A stretch of DNA of 64,000 bases from Candidatus Microgenomatus sp. Lineage in GTDB: Bacteria; Patescibacteriota; Minisyncoccia; UBA6257; GWB1-50-10. Each line of letters opens with the position of its first letter. The stretch's first letter is position 1. Shown here piece by piece: positions 48,993 through 58,239 of the stretch. The notes below the pieces were generated by a model. That model did no database searches, was not told where the DNA came from, and saw only the letters and a program-made list of their open reading frames with translations. The translations under genes were made by a program, and so were the position numbers. Location of the stretch: assembly GCA_020724805.1 (NCBI GenBank), contig DYGI01000001.1, forward strand, positions 8,934 through 72,933, read 5' to 3'.

Positions 48993-49079
48993 CGGAGAGG
49001 GTGGGATTCGAACCCACGAAGGGATTGCTCCCTTACTGCATTTCGAGTGCAGCGCCTTCGGCCACTCAGCCACCTCTCC
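48993..49079 (-). tRNA. tRNA-Ser (anticodon CGA), long variable arm
   Basis: Acceptor GGAGAGG/CCTCTCC, anticodon loop CUCGAAA, T-loop TTCGAAT. Confidence 0.8.
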
Positions 49080-49080
49080 G

Positions 49081-49152
49081 TGCCCCCAGGAGGAATCGAA
49101 CTTCCATCTTCTCCTTAGGACGGAGCCGCTCTATCCGTTGAGCTATGGGGGC
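49081..49152 (-). tRNA. tRNA-Arg (anticodon CCU)
   Basis: Acceptor GCCCCCA/TGGGGGC, anticodon loop GUCCUAA with G27:A43 mismatch, T-loop TTCGATT; 1 nt after tRNA-Ser. Confidence 0.6.
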
Positions 49153-49314
49153 ATTACTTATATATAAAGTAAATTTCCGCTATTTACAAAATCGTCCTGC
49201 AATATGCGCCGTTACTTATAGCAATTATCATGGAGTTTGTAGTATCGGGCGTGGGAATGTTGCAATTAAAAGGAAACTTGTTAATCTAGGTACGCTGTTT
49301 TGTAAAAGAGTGCT

Positions 49315-49386
49315 GCGCGCATAGCTCAGTGGTAGAGCGCGTCGTTGACATCGACGAGGTCCCAAGTTCGATCCTTGGTGCGCGCA
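49315..49386 (+). tRNA. tRNA-Val (anticodon GAC)
   Basis: Acceptor GCGCGCA/TGCGCGC, anticodon loop UUGACAU, T-loop TTCGATC. Confidence 0.8.
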
Positions 49387-49434
49387 CTGAAATTTTTGGG
49401 CCATATCAACGACGTCGATATGAACCCTCGCTCG

Positions 49435-49464
49435 GAACAAAAAGATGGTATCATCTTTTTGTTC
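49435..49464. promoter_or_regulatory. conserved hairpin in 5' leader of tRNA-Ala(GGC)
   Basis: 13-bp hairpin gaacaaaaagatg-gtat-catctttttgttc with ccctcgctcg / ctcgctacg flanks; homologous to 691-722 with a compensatory g-c/c-g swap. Confidence 0.4.
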
Positions 49465-49472
49465 CTCGCTAC

Positions 49473-49546
49473 GGGCCTATAGTAAAACGGCATTACGCTT
49501 CCATGGCATGGAAGAGGTCGGGGTTCAATTCCCCGTAGGTCCACCA
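49473..49546 (+). tRNA. tRNA-Ala (anticodon GGC), CCA encoded
   Basis: Acceptor GGGCCTA/TAGGTCC with G3:U70, anticodon loop AUGGCAU, T-loop TTCAATT, 3' CCA. Confidence 0.8.
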
Positions 49547-49568
49547 CTTAAACCTATATAATTGAGAA

Positions 49569-50504
49569 GTGGAAAAGATACTCCGTGATTTTGCGCGGCA
49601 ACTTACGTGGCAGCCAAAGATAGAGAATGAAGCTCATCTCGTACGAGCACCACGCGTCATTCTTTGTGGCATGGGCGGTTCGCGGCTTGCGGGAGATTTG
49701 ATCCGGAGCGCGCTTCCTACGCGTGATATTCGCATTCACGCGGATTTCGGATTCCCGCCGCTCGTCGGGAACGACACGCTTTTTGTGGTAAGTTCATACT
49801 CGGGAAATACCGAGGAAACGCTCGATGCGTTCCGGTCAATACGCGAACGAGGCATGCATGTGGCCGTGGTCACAAGCGGCGGCATCCTTCTCGGCGAGGC
49901 GCGCGAAACCAATGTTCCCACCATCGAGATCCCCGAGAAGCACATTCCTCCCCGTCTCGCGGTGGGATTTTCGGTTCGCGCACTCCTCGCACTCATAGGC
50001 GATGATTCGTCGCTTGCGAAAGTGGCGACAGCATCGCTTCCTCCCGAATTGTCCAATGAAGGAAGGGGGCTCGCTGCGCGCCTTACCGGGACAACACCGC
50101 TTATCTATGCTTCACGCCGGATGGGCGGCCTCGCATACTATTGGAAAGTGGTCTTGAACGAAACCGCAAAAATAGCATCGTTTGCGAATGTATTTCCCGA
50201 GGCGGGGCACAACGAGATAGAGGAGCTCGAGGTCGCAGACGCGCGTATGGCATGCGTAGTACTCACCGACCCAGAAGATGACGAGCGTGTAAGGAGGAGA
50301 CTCGCTACGTTCTCGCGTATTTCTCGCGAAAAAGATATGGAAAGTATTCCGCTTGCGCTGTCGGGGGCGCATGTATGGGAACGTATGTTCCGATCGATAT
50401 TACTCGCAAACTGGACCGCGTACCATCTCGCGCGCGTGCGCGGCATGGACCCATCTCCCACGCCGCTCATCGAGGAATGGAAGCGAGAGCTTCGCGGGAC
50501 TTGA
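49569..50504 (+). CDS. SIS-domain sugar-phosphate isomerase (bifunctional PGI/PMI-like)
   Basis: 311 aa; SIS motif CGMGGSRLAGD and second SIS-like half. Confidence 0.6.
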   Translation: MEKILRDFARQLTWQPKIENEAHLVRAPRVILCGMGGSRLAGDLIRSALPTRDIRIHADFGFPPLVGNDTLFVVSSYSGNTEETLDAFRSIRERGMHVAVVTSGGILLGEARETNVPTIEIPEKHIPPRLAVGFSVRALLALIGDDSSLAKVATASLPPELSNEGRGLAARLTGTTPLIYASRRMGGLAYYWKVVLNETAKIASFANVFPEAGHNEIEELEVADARMACVVLTDPEDDERVRRRLATFSRISREKDMESIPLALSGAHVWERMFRSILLANWTAYHLARVRGMDPSPTPLIEEWKRELRGT

Positions 50505-50538
50505 ACCTCGTTCGATTTCCCGTACACTCACCAAGTGA

Positions 50539-50625
50539 GGAGGGGTGGCAGAGTGGCCGAATGCGCCGCACTTGAAATGCGGTAGATCCGAAAGGGTCTC
50601 GTGAGTTCGAATCTCACCCCCTCCG
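50539..50625 (+). tRNA. tRNA-Ser (anticodon UGA), long variable arm
   Basis: Acceptor GGAGGGG/CCCCTCC, anticodon loop CUUGAAA, T-loop TTCGAAT. Confidence 0.8.
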
Positions 50626-50643
50626 CAAAGCAAAACCTTCCAC

Positions 50644-50672
50644 GCAAACATCCGCCTTCGGCGGGTGTTTGC
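50644..50672 (+). terminator. terminator-like hairpin with UUCG tetraloop after tRNA-Ser
   Basis: gcaaacatccgcc-TTCG-gcgggtgtttgc (one G:U); same stem motif as hairpin at 48636-48665. Confidence 0.4.
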
Positions 50673-50743
50673 GCTCGTCGGATACTCTCTGGTATAAGGA
50701 ACTCAGATCATCACCAATAAAAATCACCGGAATAGGAGAAGCT

Positions 50744-51454
50744 ATGAGAGAGTTCTCGATAATCATACCGGCGCACAACGAGGAAAAATTTGTAGCGCAT
50801 GCTGTTCGTACCGCCACCACGCAAAATGTCTTGCGTTCGTCATATGAAGTAATAGTGGTCGATAATAACTCGACCGACAAAACTGCCAACGTTGCCTGGA
50901 GTGCCGGCGCCGACAAGGTTGTTTTTGAGCCGCGCATCGGCACGAACATCGCTCGCCAAGCAGGAGTTGCGGCGAGCGAAGGGTTGGTGGTTGCGTTTCT
51001 TGACGCTGACTGCGAAGCGCCGCCGGAGTGGCTTCGGCAAATACGAAGTTTTCTTCGTGATGACGGAGTTTCCGCGGTTTCGGGGCCTTATGACTACGGG
51101 TTCTGCGGCGTCGCTAAGCTTTTGGACCGTGCGTTCGCTTGGCATTTCTTTTCCTTAGCTGGACGAATCGTTTCCCGGATTCCGTTCCGCCCGACCGGCG
51201 TCCTCCGTGCGGGAAATTTCGCCGCCTACCGCTCCGTCATTGAGGGTATAGGCGGCCTTCCGCCTCTGACCTTCTGGGGAGACGATACCGCCATCGCAAC
51301 CGCCATCGCGCAACGCGCCGGGAGAGTCCGCTACACGCGCGGACTCGTGGTAAAAAGTTCTCCGCGTCGTTTTGAGCGGGAAGGGCTTGTATTTCTTGCG
51401 TTGAAGTATGTTTTTTATTTTTTCCGAGCATATTTTCGCTCGGCTCCGCAGTGA
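50744..51454 (+). CDS. family 2 glycosyltransferase
   Basis: Start moved to MREFSIIIPAHNEE with GGAGA RBS; DxD (FLDAD) motif. Confidence 0.75.
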   Translation: MREFSIIIPAHNEEKFVAHAVRTATTQNVLRSSYEVIVVDNNSTDKTANVAWSAGADKVVFEPRIGTNIARQAGVAASEGLVVAFLDADCEAPPEWLRQIRSFLRDDGVSAVSGPYDYGFCGVAKLLDRAFAWHFFSLAGRIVSRIPFRPTGVLRAGNFAAYRSVIEGIGGLPPLTFWGDDTAIATAIAQRAGRVRYTRGLVVKSSPRRFEREGLVFLALKYVFYFFRAYFRSAPQ

Positions 51455-51478
51455 ACCCACTGCGGAGTTTTTATTTTG
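51444..51478 (+). terminator. rho-independent terminator
   Basis: Hairpin ctccgcagtg-aaccc-cactgcggag + tttttatttt overlapping the GT2 stop. Confidence 0.6.
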
Positions 51479-51543
51479 TTCGAAGTTATCCACAGTTTTT
51501 GAAAATTTTTTCGTTTATAATAGGAACAGGAGGAGTCAGACGA

Positions 51544-51693
51544 ATGAGCGAGGTTGACGGTCGACAGCCCAACACTCATTTTGCGAACAAAGTAACTATT
51601 GCAACAATGGCAAAAAAGAGAAAAGCGGCGAAGAAGGGCAAGAAGCCCGCAAAGAAGGCGAAAAAGGCGAAGAAAGTTCGCCGTCGCCGATAA
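51544..51693 (+). CDS. small lysine-rich basic protein (49 aa)
   Basis: AGGAGG RBS 7 nt upstream of ATG; C-terminal KKRKAAKKGKKPAKKAKKAKKVRRRR tail; followed by strong terminator. Confidence 0.4.
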   Translation: MSEVDGRQPNTHFANKVTIATMAKKRKAAKKGKKPAKKAKKAKKVRRRR

Positions 51694-51707
51694 ACCAGAT
51701 ATGGTTA

Positions 51708-51737
51708 CCACTCCCCCACGCGGGGAGTGGTTTTTTG
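51708..51737 (+). terminator. rho-independent terminator
   Basis: Hairpin ccactcccc-acgc-ggggagtgg + ttttttg. Confidence 0.65.
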
Positions 51738-51813
51738 TCCTGATTTCTCACTTGAAAAATCGGGGATGCACGATGCTAAAAGCATCGGCAATACTTTGCT
51801 AGAATGAAACCAA

Positions 51814-52866
51814 ATGCTGAACCCAGACAAACGAGTGGTTCGTATCGTGAGGCGAGTGATGCCGGCGGTCGTTTCCATTGCGGTCACTAAATCTGCAAAT
51901 GAAGTAGCCTTGGATCTTGCGAAATTAAGTGAAGGAAAACGAGGGAAAAAAACCCACACCCCTGCGATACCGCCCGAAAAAATAGATGCGCACGGTATGG
52001 TACAAATCGGTGGCGGCTCAGGATTCGTTGTGGACTCACACGGCTTCATTCTTACCAATAAACACGTAATCGCGGAATCGGGCGTGCGATATTCTGTCAC
52101 TCTGAGCGAGGGAAATTCGTACGACGCGAACGTAGTGGCGCGCGATCCGGTAAATGACCTCGCAATTTTGAAGATCGACCCGCGCGTGGAACTTCCCGTC
52201 GTACCGCTTGGAAATTCCGCCACACTGAAACTCGGGGAATCGGTGCTCGCGTTTGGAAACGTGCTGGGCATCCTTAAAAATACCGTGTCGAAGGGAATAA
52301 TTTCCGGACTTTCACGCGCAGTGACCGCGCAAGCCGACCCTGAAGCGCCGCCGCAGGAAATGCGCGGACTCATACAAACGGACGCCGCTATTAATGTGGG
52401 AAACTCGGGAGGACCATTGGTCGACATGAGAGGATATGCGGTAGGGGTAAACGCCGCAACCATTCAAGGAACGGAAAATATCGGTTTTGCGGTTCCGGTA
52501 AACAGCGCAAAGCGTGATTTGGACGACCTCCGAAAATTCGGCCGTATCCGACGTCCACTCCTCGGACTTCGTTACCTCACGATAAGCGAGGATCTGCGCC
52601 AAAAACTTGGCCTCACAGTTCCTTATGGAGCGCTGGTGACGCGCGAACATTCATTCGATGTCGCCGTGGTAGAAGGTACGCCGGCTGCCAAAGCGGGCAT
52701 TAAGGAACACGACATTATCCTCGCCTGGAACGGCGAGAAAATAACGCAGGATAAGAGCATTCAAGACTACCTGGAAACCGCAAATGTGAACGAGGAAGTG
52801 GCGCTTACAGTGCTCCGGAAGGGCAAAGAGCTCATTGTGCGGGTTACGCTCACCGAAAGAAAATAG
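51814..52866 (+). CDS. htrA: HtrA/DegP-family serine protease with PDZ domain
   Basis: 350 aa; trypsin-like His/Asp/Ser (GNSGGP) and C-terminal PDZ. Confidence 0.85.
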   Translation: MLNPDKRVVRIVRRVMPAVVSIAVTKSANEVALDLAKLSEGKRGKKTHTPAIPPEKIDAHGMVQIGGGSGFVVDSHGFILTNKHVIAESGVRYSVTLSEGNSYDANVVARDPVNDLAILKIDPRVELPVVPLGNSATLKLGESVLAFGNVLGILKNTVSKGIISGLSRAVTAQADPEAPPQEMRGLIQTDAAINVGNSGGPLVDMRGYAVGVNAATIQGTENIGFAVPVNSAKRDLDDLRKFGRIRRPLLGLRYLTISEDLRQKLGLTVPYGALVTREHSFDVAVVEGTPAAKAGIKEHDIILAWNGEKITQDKSIQDYLETANVNEEVALTVLRKGKELIVRVTLTERK

Positions 52867-52900
52867 GCCTTAGGCGCTCGCCGGTAGATACTAAAGCCGC

Positions 52901-53794
52901 CTAATATACGTATTCGTCCACAAGCTTTCCGGCAGCATCAAAGAGAATAAGGCGATCGTGATACGGATCGAATTTGAGCTCCGCGCCAAGCCACACGCGC
53001 CATCCGTACGAATAAAAGTTGGGAAGATCACGGTAACGGCTCACACATGGGCCGTAATTTAGTGAATTCAAATATGCACGACACGCCACATCACGCGATC
53101 CGGTAAAACGATTCACATCCTCCGCATCGGGAACCTCACATGAACCTAACGAGTTGATAAAATTTTGGCACTCACCGGAAAATGTCACGAGATCGCTTCG
53201 TGAAGGACGGGGGCAGTTATTGGGAAATTTCGGAGTAATCACATAAAGATCGTTCAGATATCCGGTGCACGCGTTAAGTTCTATGTTCTTCACGAACGTA
53301 CCTCCCGCGGCGTAGAATATCGCCGACGTGTTTGGCCGGACGATCACTCTTGCCTGGTTCACCGGCCCTGAAGTTCCTCCCGCGCCAAAAATAATCACAT
53401 TCCCTCCCCGATTGCCGCGTACGCTCCACCCCGTTACATCAACGCTTGTGCCCGCCGACGCGTCAACGCGTAATGTAAATTCCCCACCCACCCCATATTG
53501 ATTCGGACGTCGCACCGAAGCGATACGAACTTTATCGAAATATGGGGAAAGATCGGACACACTGAAGCCGTCGGGCGGCACCGGCACTTCGGGCGCGCGC
53601 ACGGTGGGCGCGGTGGTGCGCGTAGTTCTCGAAGTACGCGATGTGGTCTGTGCGGGAGGCACAGAAGTGGCAAAGGGATCGAATACGCGCGGAATGGAAA
53701 GTAAGCGGAAAAAATCCGCCTGAGTCACCAAAAAATAGACCCCATAAATAACGAGGAGGACGAGAACTATCACAAAAAAACCTTTCCAGTTCAT
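52901..53794 (-). CDS. hypothetical membrane-anchored Cys-containing extracellular protein
   Basis: 297 aa; N-terminal TM, Thr/Arg-rich linker, Cys-rich C-terminal domain. Confidence 0.4.
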   Translation of the reverse strand: MNWKGFFVIVLVLLVIYGVYFLVTQADFFRLLSIPRVFDPFATSVPPAQTTSRTSRTTRTTAPTVRAPEVPVPPDGFSVSDLSPYFDKVRIASVRRPNQYGVGGEFTLRVDASAGTSVDVTGWSVRGNRGGNVIIFGAGGTSGPVNQARVIVRPNTSAIFYAAGGTFVKNIELNACTGYLNDLYVITPKFPNNCPRPSRSDLVTFSGECQNFINSLGSCEVPDAEDVNRFTGSRDVACRAYLNSLNYGPCVSRYRDLPNFYSYGWRVWLGAELKFDPYHDRLILFDAAGKLVDEYVY

Positions 53795-56151
53795 ATCGAT
53801 TTCATTACAAAATTGATGAGCCTATCTTTGACGTACACCACAGTTTTTACTTCGCCCTCCGCGAGCGCACGCCCCACTTTTTCGTCTGCGCGCGCAAGCT
53901 CTTCCGCTTCATGCTTCATGATACCGCGCGTCGCCTCAATCGTCGCGCGGCGCCTCCCATTTACCTGCACCACAAGCGGGAAAGTGTCTTCATGCACCAA
54001 TGCCTCGTCATAGAGAGGCCATTTCTCCCGGTGTATGGATGTGGTATGACCCATACGCTCCCAAAGTTCTTCCGCAAGATGCGGGGCGAACGGGGCGAGC
54101 AGCTTTAAGAACGCTTCACGAACGTCTTCCGAACTTCCCGCCGTTTCCATTTCGTTCGCCAGTATCATAAGGGCCGAAATCGCCGTGTTGTATTGGAACG
54201 CTTCAATATCGCTCGTCACTTTCTTGATCGTCCGATGAAGCGTCCGCATAAGCGGATCGCGTTCCCCCACCGAACCGTTCTGGAATATGCGCCACACACG
54301 TTCGAGAAAACGGACGATGCCTTGAATGCTCGCGTCGCGAAAATCTCCGCCCTGCTCAAAGGGCGCAAGGAACATGAGGTACATTCGAAGCACATCCGCG
54401 CCGTATTTTGAGATGTATTCATCCGGATTCACCACGTTCCCTTTCGATTTTGACATCTTTGCGCCTTCGCTTATCAAAAGTCCGTGCGCGCGAAATTTCG
54501 GAAACGGCTCTTCGAAATGGAGAAATCCGAGATCGTGGAACACCATCGCGATGAAACGCACGTAGAGAAGATGGAGCACGGAATGTTCCGCGCCGCCGGT
54601 ATAGAGATTCACCGGAAACCACTTTTTCGTGATCGCGGGGTCCCATGGGATTTGCTCCCCGCGCACCGAACGCGTCGAAGGATAACGGAGATAGTACCAC
54701 GCCGAATCAAGAAACGTGTCAGACACGTCCGTCTCACGCCTCGCGTCGGCCCCACACCCCGGACATTTTGCGCGATAGAACTCGGGTGCCGATGCAAGCG
54801 GAGATTCTCCTTTCCCTTTGGGGCGAAAATCCTCCACATACGGAAGTTCTACCGGAAGTTCCTCTTCCGGTACTGCGTACCACCCGGGCATTCCTTTTTG
54901 CTCCCCTTTCCCCGCGGCAGCGCACGCCTCGCAAAATATCATGGGAATAGGCACGCCCCAATAACGCTGACGCGAGATGAGCCAATCACGGAGGCGGAAG
55001 TTCGTTTCCCACTTTCCTCCCACTTCCTTCACTACTTTTCTGCCATCCACGAGCGGCGCATCGCTCACCGGCAAATCGAACGCGCGTGCAAAATCTCGGT
55101 CGCGCTCGTCGTGCGCGGGTACGGCCATAATAGCGCCCGTGCCGTAGGTCGCGAGCACATAGTCCGCAATGAAAATGGGGATTTCTTCCTTATTCGCGGG
55201 GTTTATCGCCTTTACCCCCTTGAGCTCTGCGCCGGTTTTTTCACGGCCCTCGGCAATGCGATCGGCTTCGGATTTCCTTGCTGCAGCTTTTACGTATTGT
55301 TCCACCTCAGCGCGATTCTTTATGGGAAGCGTCGCCACGAGGGGATGTTCGGGTGCGAGCACCACGTAGGTCGCGCCATAGAGCGTGTCGGGGCGCGTAG
55401 TAAATACATCAATGGAAAATGGGGAATTGAAAATTGAAAATTTGATAAGCGCGCCTTCACTTTTTCCTATCCAATTCCTCTGGGCTATTTTCACGCGCTC
55501 CGACCAATCTATCTTCTCCAAATTCGCAAGCAACCGGTCCACATATTTCGTGATACGGAAAAACCACTGTTCAAGGTTCTTCATTTCCGCTTCGCTCCCG
55601 CATCTTTCGCACTTTCCCGCAATCACCTGCTCGTCCGCCAGCACCGTCTTACACGAAGGGCACCAGTTCACTGCTTGTTTTTTCCGGTATGCGAGCCCGT
55701 GTTTCCATAATTGGACAAACACCCATTGCGTCCATCGGTAGTATTTCGGATCATAGGTCTCAAGTTTCTCTTCCCATGCGAATCCGTTTCCTATCGCCGA
55801 AAGCTGCTCGTAAAAGCGCGTCTCGGAAATCTTGGCCTGCTTCATCGGATGCGCGCCGATTTTCAGCGCGTAATTCTCGGAATGGATACCAAACCCGTCG
55901 AGACCGATGGGCTCAAACACGTCATATCCTTCCATGCGTTTCTTCCGGCCATAGATGTCGGCGCCGGTGAACGCATACATGTTCCCCACATGAAGCCCTT
56001 CCGCAGAAGGGTATGGGAACATCATGAGGTTGTAGAAAGGCTTTTCCGCGCCGGTGAGATCAGGTTCGTACGTGCGGTCTGCAAACCATCGCTTTTGCCA
56101 TTTCTTCTCTATCGCGCTGAAATCATATCGCTCCGAAGACATATTGTTCAC
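53791..56151 (-). CDS. leuS: leucine--tRNA ligase
   Basis: 786 aa; HVGN (HIGH-type) and KMSKS motifs, CP1 editing domain, Zn-binding Cys. Confidence 0.9.
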   Translation of the reverse strand: MNNMSSERYDFSAIEKKWQKRWFADRTYEPDLTGAEKPFYNLMMFPYPSAEGLHVGNMYAFTGADIYGRKKRMEGYDVFEPIGLDGFGIHSENYALKIGAHPMKQAKISETRFYEQLSAIGNGFAWEEKLETYDPKYYRWTQWVFVQLWKHGLAYRKKQAVNWCPSCKTVLADEQVIAGKCERCGSEAEMKNLEQWFFRITKYVDRLLANLEKIDWSERVKIAQRNWIGKSEGALIKFSIFNSPFSIDVFTTRPDTLYGATYVVLAPEHPLVATLPIKNRAEVEQYVKAAARKSEADRIAEGREKTGAELKGVKAINPANKEEIPIFIADYVLATYGTGAIMAVPAHDERDRDFARAFDLPVSDAPLVDGRKVVKEVGGKWETNFRLRDWLISRQRYWGVPIPMIFCEACAAAGKGEQKGMPGWYAVPEEELPVELPYVEDFRPKGKGESPLASAPEFYRAKCPGCGADARRETDVSDTFLDSAWYYLRYPSTRSVRGEQIPWDPAITKKWFPVNLYTGGAEHSVLHLLYVRFIAMVFHDLGFLHFEEPFPKFRAHGLLISEGAKMSKSKGNVVNPDEYISKYGADVLRMYLMFLAPFEQGGDFRDASIQGIVRFLERVWRIFQNGSVGERDPLMRTLHRTIKKVTSDIEAFQYNTAISALMILANEMETAGSSEDVREAFLKLLAPFAPHLAEELWERMGHTTSIHREKWPLYDEALVHEDTFPLVVQVNGRRRATIEATRGIMKHEAEELARADEKVGRALAEGEVKTVVYVKDRLINFVMKSI

Positions 56152-56175
56152 ATTGTAGCCGACATTCCTAAGCTT

Positions 56176-56219
56176 TGGAAAGAAATTAAAAGCCCCCTGC
56201 CTCCAAAAAGCGCAGGGGG
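56176..56219 (-). terminator. intrinsic terminator / attenuator immediately upstream of leuS start
   Basis: Minus-strand hairpin ccccctgc-gctttttggag-gcaggggg followed by cttttaatttctttcc, ~35 nt before the leuS ATG. Confidence 0.5.
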
Positions 56220-56550
56220 TGATTCGTGCCGCAGGTCCATTTCTCGGCTTTCCGTATAACCGCGCGTGCTGGCACGGAAATTGGGCACCGACGATTCCCG
56301 CAAGAGGGAGTTTAGCTCAACTCTTTTAGCACTCTTTCGCACACGCTACTCAAGCGCAACAACGGGAAGCAGTTTACGACGCGAGGTATCTAATCTTGCG
56401 CCTTCTTCCTGCTACGGTCTCATCCCAGGAATACGTCCTTTGAATGACTTTATATGGGGCTTCTGGCTCAACCGCGACCTGCGTTTCCGCCTTCAGGACG
56501 GATGCACGCTCGTGGAACTGAGTTTAGTTAAGCGCCATGCGGTGGATCCG
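56220..56550 (-). ncRNA. candidate structured leader RNA or small ncRNA upstream of leuS
   Basis: ~330-bp non-coding stretch between tatD stop and the leuS terminator hairpin, with several predicted helices (gacggat...atccgtc, GNRA-capped gcg-GAAA-cgc); no ORF of coding quality. Confidence 0.3.
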
Positions 56551-57420
56551 TCAAGAGATACCAAAGATACGCGCAGCGTTTTCGTTGACCTGCGCCGCCA
56601 TCTTTTCCGTTGACACCTCTTTGAGCTCCGCGAGTTTGCGCACCACTTCCACCACGTACGCCGGCTCGTTACGTTTCCCGCGGTACGGCGCAGGCGTCAC
56701 ATAAGGCGCGTCCGTTTCGGAAAGTATGCGGTCGGGCGGGAGCATTTTTATCACTTCGTCGTAATCGCGGACAAACGTGACGACTCCTCCGAATGTGAAT
56801 GAAAATCCGAGCGCGAGGAGATCGCGTGCTTCCTCTTCCGTGCCGGTAAAAAAGTGGATGATGCCAGGGTTTCCTTCGGTAAGCAACTGGTAGTGCAAAG
56901 TGAGTAGTTTCAGGAGGTCGGGAAATGCGGCGCGGCAATGTATCATGAGCGGCTTTTTGACATCGTGCGCGAATTTTAGATGCGCGATAAAAAGGTCGCG
57001 CTGTTTCTGCTTCGTTGCCTCGTCATTTACGCGGAAGTAATCGAGACCGCATTCTCCGATTGCGACCACGCTTTTCTCGACAGCCAACTTCCCATAAAAA
57101 ACCTCGTCGAACGTCTCCGCCTCACCTCCCACCCCTCGGGCCTGAAGGCCACTCGGCGGGGCCTGAACGGCCTGTTCGCTTGGGTCCACGTATTCAGAAA
57201 CGGAGGCGTGGCTCGGATGCACTCCGATTGCGGCGTAGCAAAGCTCCGGGTAGCTCCGCGCAAGCGCCACAGCCGCTTTGGAGGTCTTTGCGGTGGTCCC
57301 CACATTCACCATGCGTACTCCTGCGTCGCGCGCCCGCACAAGTACCGCATCGCGATCGTCGTCGTACGCGGGAAACTGCGCATGCGTGTGTGCGTCCCAA
57401 TATTGGAACATTGAATCCAT
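56551..57420 (-). CDS. tatD: TatD family metal-dependent hydrolase
   Basis: HxH (DAHTHAQF) and downstream His/Glu/Asp ligands; start at internal ATG (MDSMFQYWD); contains an unusual ~30-aa insertion. Confidence 0.75.
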   Translation of the reverse strand: MDSMFQYWDAHTHAQFPAYDDDRDAVLVRARDAGVRMVNVGTTAKTSKAAVALARSYPELCYAAIGVHPSHASVSEYVDPSEQAVQAPPSGLQARGVGGEAETFDEVFYGKLAVEKSVVAIGECGLDYFRVNDEATKQKQRDLFIAHLKFAHDVKKPLMIHCRAAFPDLLKLLTLHYQLLTEGNPGIIHFFTGTEEEARDLLALGFSFTFGGVVTFVRDYDEVIKMLPPDRILSETDAPYVTPAPYRGKRNEPAYVVEVVRKLAELKEVSTEKMAAQVNENAARIFGIS

Positions 57421-57467
57421 TACACCATAGAAAAGCGCCTTGCCGCAAAAGCCGGCAAGGCGCCCTA

Positions 57468-58157
57468 TCACTGCTCATATTCCTCCAGCCAATCCAAGAA
57501 GAAACGCATGGAGGGAATGATGTTGTTGCTTTTGAACGCGGGGATCGTGCGCTGCACTTCCTCCGCAGAATGGGGGCCATTGACCACAATGACGGTCTCC
57601 ACCCCGGCCTCCAGTCCGCACCTCGCGTCCACGGTGGTATCTCCCACATACACGCATTCATCGGGACCGATACCGTGCTTTCCGGAAAGATAGCCGAATG
57701 TCCTCTCAAACACGCGCGGATCCGGTTTTTGGAACACTGAATGCTCCCGTCCGTGAACGAAGTCGAAAAGAGGCTGCATGTGATGTGTTTCGAGAAGCGC
57801 GTGTGTAGACTGGTAATCGCGCCCCGTGAGAATGGTAAGTACCTTTTTCTCCCTTCTCGCATGCGTATTCACCGCCCGAATACCATCGCTTAACGGGGCG
57901 GGCTTCCGCACACTCATTTCCTCCCATTCCTTCGTAACGATTACGGAACGAGGGGGCTGGATACCTAGTCCATGCTCGACAATGGCTTGGGAAGAATGAC
58001 CCCAATAAGCAACCACTTTCTTCGCGATCCTGTCGTCAAAGGGAAGCTCATGCCGGACCGCAACAACCTCCAAGTTGGCTATCCCTGATTCAAAAGAATT
58101 CACCACAGGACCATCGAAATCTTCGATAATCGCCCTCACTTTTCTTCGTTTAGGCAT
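57468..58157 (-). CDS. HAD superfamily hydrolase
   Basis: 229 aa; motif I DFDGPV, motif III/IV (GDTTVD). Confidence 0.65.
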   Translation of the reverse strand: MPKRRKVRAIIEDFDGPVVNSFESGIANLEVVAVRHELPFDDRIAKKVVAYWGHSSQAIVEHGLGIQPPRSVIVTKEWEEMSVRKPAPLSDGIRAVNTHARREKKVLTILTGRDYQSTHALLETHHMQPLFDFVHGREHSVFQKPDPRVFERTFGYLSGKHGIGPDECVYVGDTTVDARCGLEAGVETVIVVNGPHSAEEVQRTIPAFKSNNIIPSMRFFLDWLEEYEQ

Positions 58158-58239
58158 GCGTGTCTCCTTTTCATGAATGTGTATGGATAAAAAGCGCTAC
58201 CTCGAAGGTAACGCGAAACGGAATGCGCCGTCAACGGAG

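Noticed and set aside
56220-56550. RNase P RNA, tmRNA, SRP RNA or T-box leader in the leuS upstream region
   Set aside because: I could not find the P4 GGAAAGUCCGG motif, a tRNA-like acceptor/T-arm end with CCA, the SRP domain IV GGAA/AGCAG loop, or a clean AAUUAGGGUGGNACCGCG T-box by eye. Left as an unclassified structured region.
56148-56613. Track ORFs 56266..56613(+) and 56148..56342(-) in the tatD-leuS spacer
   Set aside because: Low-complexity Ser/Arg/Leu-rich translations across a region with strong RNA-like helices and a terminator; better explained as a non-coding leader or sRNA.
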